From assembly GCA_002269645.1 (NCBI GenBank), contig NIVC01001492.1:3094-67093 (forward strand): 64,000 nucleotides of DNA, written 5' to 3'. The translations under genes were made by a program, and so were the position numbers. This DNA comes from Macrostomum lignano (Eukaryota). A model generated the notes under the pieces. That model saw nothing but the letters and a program-made list of their open reading frames with translations, did not search any database and had not been told where the DNA came from. Positions 56,232 through 64,000 of this stretch are shown here, piece by piece (the stretch's first letter is position 1; each line of letters starts with the position of its first letter).

Positions 56232-58217
56232 GTACTAAGTAGATGATGAGGCATTTTGCCTTGATAAGACAGTCATAGCTACTCCTGCCGTTTATCCAAA
56301 GTTGTGTTAATTTTGCTTTAGGTTTCTTTTATATGTAAGTCGCATTTTTGGCAAAAGACCACGTCGCATCTTTGTTAAAACTAAGTCACACGGCCGACTG
56401 AATTTTGGAGGTTGCACATGTATGGTCTTGGGGCCAAGCAGACTATGCCCCACTCAGGTCAAGCACCCCAGATCTAGGCCTTGTCCACAGTGGAGAGCAT
56501 TCGAGGACTTGACTGCCCCCCTGCTCTTTCTTGAATTTTGCTCAAGCCAGGGAACTCGTGAGAGCTGCCAGTTTGGCTCCTCTTTCCCCTGTGCAATTTG
56601 TTAACACCTGTGCATTGTAACTTATGAAGCCCCACACCTGTTATACTGGTCGCTAACCTTCTATTATTCTATTATGCTATTTTAACTTTGCTATGCGATA
56701 TACAGTTTGTTTAACTGCCAATCTGTTTAATGTGAGCCGTTTAAGGCGCCCCCATCTGATTCATTTGTTCTCGACCCCCGCCGTGCAGTTATCTGTTTAT
56801 TACTCCTTGATTTCATGCACCCACCCCATTTTTTGCAGGCCACCATAGAGTGCATGAGGAAGCATCAACCCGCTCCCACAGTTGGTGCCTTTTCTGCCTT
56901 TTATTCAATGGTTGGTTTTGAGCCTAACTATTTAAAGGCCACTTTCTCTTGTTTGTCATCAATTGGTTTTATTCCACAATATTATAGCTAATTCTGCTCT
57001 GTCAAGTTATCATTTTCTATTATTGTTAATCTCCGACAAGTTTTGACAAATTCAATCTGTAAAACCTGTTGGTTTGTGTCATGACCAATGGCGCCGTGCC
57101 CAGAGACGTCGACGAGCAAGACCACGCTCACTGTGACGCCCAGCTTGGCGACCGCCCTGAACCAGGCCCCGTGGCTTGATGCGCAGTCCGCCATGACGAT
57201 TCAGGCTATCACAGCCACTGCGGATGGCATGAGTCCTGCCAGAATCTGTTTGGAAGAGGCGTTGAATGACGCCTATTTGCAGGCCACCCAAAAAAGTTGT
57301 GTGCAATTGGACGCCCCTTGGAGGGCATTGTGTGGCCTCATGCCTCCTAAGTCCATGCTTGACATCCTAGAGCGCCTGCTAGAGTGCGCCGAGGACTGCT
57401 TGCGGCAACAGCCTGGACACCCTCAGCCAGCTCTGGCCTTGCTGTTGGCGCTATCCTACCTGGAGGCTGGCCATCTCCAGGATGGCTGGCGGCCCCGACT
57501 TTGCGCATTCTGGGACTCTGCCATCTTAAAAGCCCCGGAGTAGCTGCTGTACGAGGAAGGGCGCATGTATGTGCTCGGGTGGCCCCCAGCTAGCTCACCC
57601 CCAACCGCTGAACCTGCCCAGCAGCAATCGCGGGCCAAAGCCAACCGAGAGCCCGCCCACCTGCAGCACGGAGGTGGCACTTCCAGCGACGGCTGCCCGT
57701 CTGGCCGTGGAGGTTGAGTTTCAACCAGCCAAGGCCACTAATCTAAAAGCGAAAACAAGGTTTTGTTTTAACAATTTCCATTTGAGTGCGCCCCAGTGCA
57801 TGTGGCAGTGGGGTTGCCACAGTTAATTAATTTTTATTTTAATAGTTATTCAAATGCATGCCAATATTTTCTTGCATGAGTGCCAACCTATGTCTATGCG
57901 GCCATCTGTAGTTCAATGACCTCACCTTTCTCTCTGTTGGCCCCAAGTATAGACCATTTGTTGAAACTTATTTTCCCAATTTCTAGCCCAATGCATTTTC
58001 ATTAGTTGTTTTTAATCATTTTCTGCATGTTTTCAGTCAGTTTTTACTCAATAGCCATCCCTATTGCAGCGCATGGCTTAAGTACAACAGACGCCTACAC
58101 AACCTGCGCCACGCTGTGAAATGACTTACCTGTGAAAGAAACCCTAAAGCAAAATAAACGGCAGGAGTAACTATGACTGTCTTATCAAGCCTAAATGCCT
58201 CGGCATCTAATTAGTAC
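56232..58217. mobile_element. 2-kb element with long imperfect TIRs (about 65-110 bp) and an internal unrecognised, disrupted ORF
   Basis: gtactaagtagatgatgaggcattttgccttgataagacagtcatagctactcctgccgtttat (56232-56295) is mirrored at 58154-58217, with a further match at 56309-56345 versus 58115-58154. Internal ORF at 57088-57543. Confidence 0.75.
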
Positions 58218-58254
58218 CGCGCTGCGCCATACTAATCGCCGCGCGCCGTGCCGC

Positions 58255-59014
58255 GCCGCGCCGTATTAGATCCGCGCCGGACGCCGTCCGCCAAAATTCC
58301 CATGCGCTGCAATCAGGATAGCCATTGTGTGGCCCCAGTGTTGGCAAGTTCAGGCCCCATGCCTAGAATTAATATATATGTCCTACTATAAATAAGTTGC
58401 ACTCTGTTTAATTTTCTGCATACTCTTTCGCTCCCCCTCTCCCTTCTGTTTGCTCTTTTGCTCTTGTCTTCTTACTGTTAGATTAGCATATCAGTTTCTT
58501 CATTTTAAGTTTTTATTAGCGCACTGGCGGCCGTGAAATTAATTGTCAGTAGCAATTTACTTTGATCTATAAATAACCTGCTCAAGCTATTAATAATCTG
58601 TTTCAATAATAAATATCGACAACTTAAACCTTTAACATTTATTTTGTTGACATAAGCCATGGCCTATCTTGAATCATTTGCCCATGGGGCATAAAATGAC
58701 CAATTCTCAACTCAAAGAAAGCTCTGAGACCCTTTACATTCCATAATACATAAAACTGTGCAACTGTGGTGGCAGCTAATACGGCTAGCAAAAGAATAAT
58801 TAAGAGCCCTGGGACAGATTAGATCATTTCTTATTTTTCAGAATTCTATGAGTTCTAAGAATTCTATTATTTTTATTTTGCCTAACTTTGGCAATTACTA
58901 TTATTAATTTTTTGTATTATTAAAAAATCACCATTCTGTGCTAAATCAAATTCCCGCCAAAATATTGTATACACATATATTTGTTTAAATGCACTAGTTG
59001 TTTTAACAAAGTAA
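58255..59014 (+). repeat. Direct repeat copy 1 (at least 750 bp); copy 2 is at 63250-64000
   Basis: Near-identical from gccgcgccgtattagatcc to ttaacaaagtaa; a sub-block of about 130 bp also occurs at about 50100-50220. Confidence 0.95.
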
Positions 59015-59541
59015 TTTTGTTTTAGTGAATCAAATTAATTTGTTTTAGTAAAGTCTTTGTTTAAATGAATGTTACACTAGCCAATGGAGAGAAAGATTTG
59101 TTAGTATTAATAAAAGACAAAAACTAAGGAACTTTCTTCAACCTTCTTTGTGGTTCTCTATTTGTAACATTTCTCTGTAACAATGCTGAAGAATTAGCAT
59201 TGTTACAACTTTAGTAGGGCCTAACAGTAATGACATCATTATAGAGGACAGAAAAATATATACTATAATAGCTGATGCCGATGGTATCAGTGTGATGTAT
59301 AAATAGAGAGGAAAAAGAACTGTGACAACTTGTTGGCTTAATAGTGAGATTTCTTACCATATAGGGCCTAGGAATACCTTAGCCTACTATAACTTAAAGT
59401 ATAATATAGCTAATTAAGATAGGCTTATGCCATTAGCATTTGGCTATTGGCTAGGCCTACGCTAGGCCCTAGTCAAACTTGTGTCTAGGCCTAACTATAT
59501 ATACCAATGGCAATCTTAATACTTTGTAGATCAATAATATC

Positions 59542-60258
59542 ATATATATGAGTATAACTTTGGCTGTCAACTCCTCCATCAACTTTTCCGTCAGCTTTTC
59601 CATTAACTTTTCCATTAAATTTTCCGTTAACTTTTCTGTCAGCTTTTCTGTTAGCTTTTCCGTTAACTTTTCCGTCAACTTTTCTGTCAAATATTCTGTC
59701 AAATTTTCCGTCAACAATTTATTGTTCTCAAAAAACATATTTGACTTTCTCGAATAGGATCAATGGATCATCATGCAAATAGCTCTTTGATCATTTATTG
59801 TGTTTGCATGCTTATATATCAATGAAAAAACAAGCCTACATTAGTAACAACATGCATCTTTTCCATTTTCCCTAGTATCAACGCTTTATTTCACAAAGAT
59901 AAATCAATGAAGAAGTGCAGATGTTGTAGTGCAGGTAGTGCAGCAAAACCAATTAAATTCTGGAACATGTCGCGCTGACTTGCGTGTGTTTTTTTTATAA
60001 TTTATACATGTACATGTATACTCAACGAATTTAAAGCATGTATAAAAAATTGCTAAGGAAACTGCACTTATGCAAAAAATTAACACTTTCCATTCAGAGT
60101 ATACAAAAAATTTGATAGAATATTTTATGGACTTGCAAATGTTGATGAAATAGTTAACGGAAAAGTGATGAGATATTTGGCAGAAAAGTAAATGGAATAG
60201 TAAACGGAAATGTTGACGGAAGAGTTGACGGCCAGAGTTATACTTGTATCATATATAT
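59542..60258. mobile_element. Foldback/MITE-like element with inverted arms built from units of about 12 bp (TTTTCCGTTAAC)
   Basis: agtataactttggctgtcaactcctccatcaacttttccgt is mirrored by acggaaatgttgacggaagagttgacggccagagttatact. Confidence 0.65.
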
Positions 60259-60861
60259 AGACTTTAACTTAAGGACTATTTATATTATTACATACCAAAA
60301 ATATATATATATTATTTCTATAGCCTACTCAGGCAACTTAGCAATAGACAAAAAGTTCCACCTGTTGTTGTACAACTTTTCATTTAAAATACACAGTAAA
60401 ATGTGATTGTGAATAAAAGTATCTTTGCCTTTGCTTTGCTTAGTGGGTGGAACTTTCGACTGATGACGGATGTTGTTGGGGATCAAATCTCAAAACCACC
60501 TATGCCTTGCCTACTAGTCTGGAGAGTCTAGGTGTTATCTATATATTTATAGTCGATAACATTTTAGTATAGTTAGATATTGGATAAAGAGACGAAATAT
60601 TTTTATAGTTAAACCTTTGCACTTTGCTGCGCAATGCGCGATATAACTCTCTCATAGAAAATGGGATTCTACCCGTATTACGCCACACGGTAATAAGCAT
60701 TTTACGGCCATGATTACGGCTCGATAAGCATCGGGAGTTTTTCGTCTTTCGTGTGTTTCGGAAAACAGGCCTGGCAGACAGACTGCCGAGCTCAAGCTCA
60801 AGGGGGTACGGGAAGCTAGTTTAATCGTGTCTGAACGTTGTACTGACATAAGTTGATGCCT

Positions 60862-62205
<1,344 letters not shown>

Positions 62206-62339
62206 TAACTTGATGCCTGGCAGATGATGAGGAATTTGCTAATTTTTTGGTATCAAGGATTGATTATTATTCTCTCAGATCTTCGTAAGTTTGTTTCTAG
62301 CCTTTTTCTTGATTTCTTGTAGCAGTCAGGTTCGCTGGA

Positions 62340-63230
62340 ATCCTTGAGGTTTCGGCGAGAGTTGCCGCCACATCGTTTTTTCCACTGCAGGAATAATGTT
62401 GATGAGGCTACTGGAGCAGTCACGCTGTGTATACATTTCAAGCATTTTAACATTTCAAATCTTGCATCGAAGCGTCTACATAGCTGCTATAGGCATGCAT
62501 CCACGTCTTCATCTCCAGGCGCAAGAACAACATCAAGAAGGTGCCGTTAGACTTCGTATTCATGTCGCGGCGCAAGACAAAGTGCTGCAGACGCGCTCTG
62601 CATAGAAGCTGAAGCTGAAGGAGCTCCCGCCGCACTTCTTCAACCCAGCCCAGCTGCGTAGTCCACTTCTGATTCGAAAATTTTATCAAGAAGGCGCGGT
62701 GATCGCCAGGAGTTTCCCAACAGCAATGCAATTGCGTGTGGGTGTAAATTTCACTTCTGTAGCGCAATTGACTCAGGTCCTCGGGCATATAGGCGTAGGA
62801 AAGGGGGGACAGTTAGTTTTTGGGTCATACTCATACCCCCCCCACTTTTTAAAGTAGGGGGGCCAGTAATGGTATCTGGCCCCTTCACATTTTAAATGCA
62901 AAATATATGTAGACTTTTTGCTTATTTTTTACTGTGATCCTTTTTTTATTTTTGCTGCTTTGCATGTTCGATCATGCATTTTGTTGCAGAGCCACCCATT
63001 CGAACAAACAATTTGTACGTGGAAGGATGGCACCTATAATCGGCTTCACGAAATTCTACCACGAGGTGAAGCTGCTGCACGACGACGGGATCAATTAAGG
63101 TCGTCACTGTTGGGATGCACCTGCTCAGCCAAAGGTGCTTTTCGCCGCCGCTAGCTGCAGATTTGCAAAGCAAAGACGTACACCGCCGGCAGTGGAGGTT
63201 CTCGCGTTGTGGAAGAATGATTGTACCGTG
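62340..63230 (+). pseudogene. Decayed Mutator-like (MULE) transposase fragment
   Basis: Frameshifted pieces read LLEQSRCVY..., CIHVFISRRKNNIKKVPLDFVFMSRRKTK, TSDSK (like xDFE) and CGCKFHFCSAI (like GCxFHFxQAI). An AT/G-tract-rich insert lies at about 62790-62960. Confidence 0.6.
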
Positions 63231-63249
63231 CTGGATCTCAAACATACTG

Positions 63250-64000
63250 GCCGCGCCGTATTAGATCCGCGCCGGACGCCGTCCGCCAAAATTCCCATGC
63301 GCTGCAATCAGGATAGCCATTGTGTGGCCCCAGTGTTGGCAAGTTCAGGCCCCATGCTAGAATTAATATATATGTCCTACTATAAATAAGTTGCACTCTG
63401 TTTAATTTTCTGCATACTCTTTCGCTCCCCCTCCCTTCTGTTTGCTCTTTTGCTCTTGTCTTCTTACTGTTAGATTAGCAATCAGTTCTTCATTTTAAGT
63501 TTTTATTAGCGCACTGGCGGCCGTGAAATTAATTGTCAGTAGCAATTTACTTTGATCTATAAATAACCTGCTCAAGCTATTAATAATCTGTTTCAATAAT
63601 AAATATCGACAACTTAAACCTTTAAACATTTATTTTGTTGACATAAGCCATGGCCTATCTTGAATCATTTGCCCATGGGGCAAAATGACCAATTCTCAAC
63701 TCAAAGAAAGCTCTGAGACCCTTTACATTCCATAATACATAAAACTGTGCAACTGTGGTGGCAGCTAATACGGCTAGCAAAAGAATAATTAAGAGCCCTG
63801 GACAGATTAGATCATTTCTTATTTTTCAGAATTCTATGAGTTCTAAGAATTCTATTATTTTTATTTTGCCTAACTTTGGCAATTACTATTATTAATTTTT
63901 TGTATTATTAAAAAATCACCATTCTGTGCTAAATCAAATTCCCGCCAAAATATTTATACACATATATTTGTTTAAATGCACTAGTTTTTTAACAAAGTAA
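63250..64000 (+). repeat. Direct repeat copy 2 (runs to the window edge)
   Basis: Matches 58255-59014 with scattered 1-2-nt indels. Confidence 0.95.

Overview
Eukaryotic (metazoan) genomic DNA. GC-rich, poly-Q/poly-A-rich exons and minisatellite-filled introns resemble a Macrostomum-type free-living flatworm genome, but the taxon is inferred, not shown. Four spliced genes were assembled by hand from GT/AG boundaries. On the - strand: the first two coding exons of an RPGRIP1L/MKS5-like ciliary gene that runs off the left edge; a complete 8-exon Na+/K+-ATPase alpha subunit (about 1086 aa); and a 3-exon COX18/Oxa1-family insertase. On the + strand: a 5-exon SYD-1/RhoGAP100F/SYDE-type PDZ-C2-RhoGAP (about 995 aa). 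Almost every intron over 400 nt carries its own tandem-repeat family. From about 48.9 kb to the end the window holds decayed mobile elements: Ty3/gypsy remnants, two RNase H-bearing LINE 3' fragments, a MULE transposase remnant, several inverted-repeat elements and a duplication of at least 750 bp. The most striking observation is a lysine at the TM5 ion-binding position of the Na pump that is normally Asn776 (TSKVPE instead of TSNIPE). This is the substitution found in the reduced-stoichiometry Artemia alpha2KK pump, but here the TM4 partner lysine is absent. Other highlights are hAT MITEs apparently seeding a minisatellite, triplicated LTR-end/PBS cassettes, a tRNA-derived triplet in a COX18 intron, and a 2-kb TIR element carrying an unrecognised ORF.
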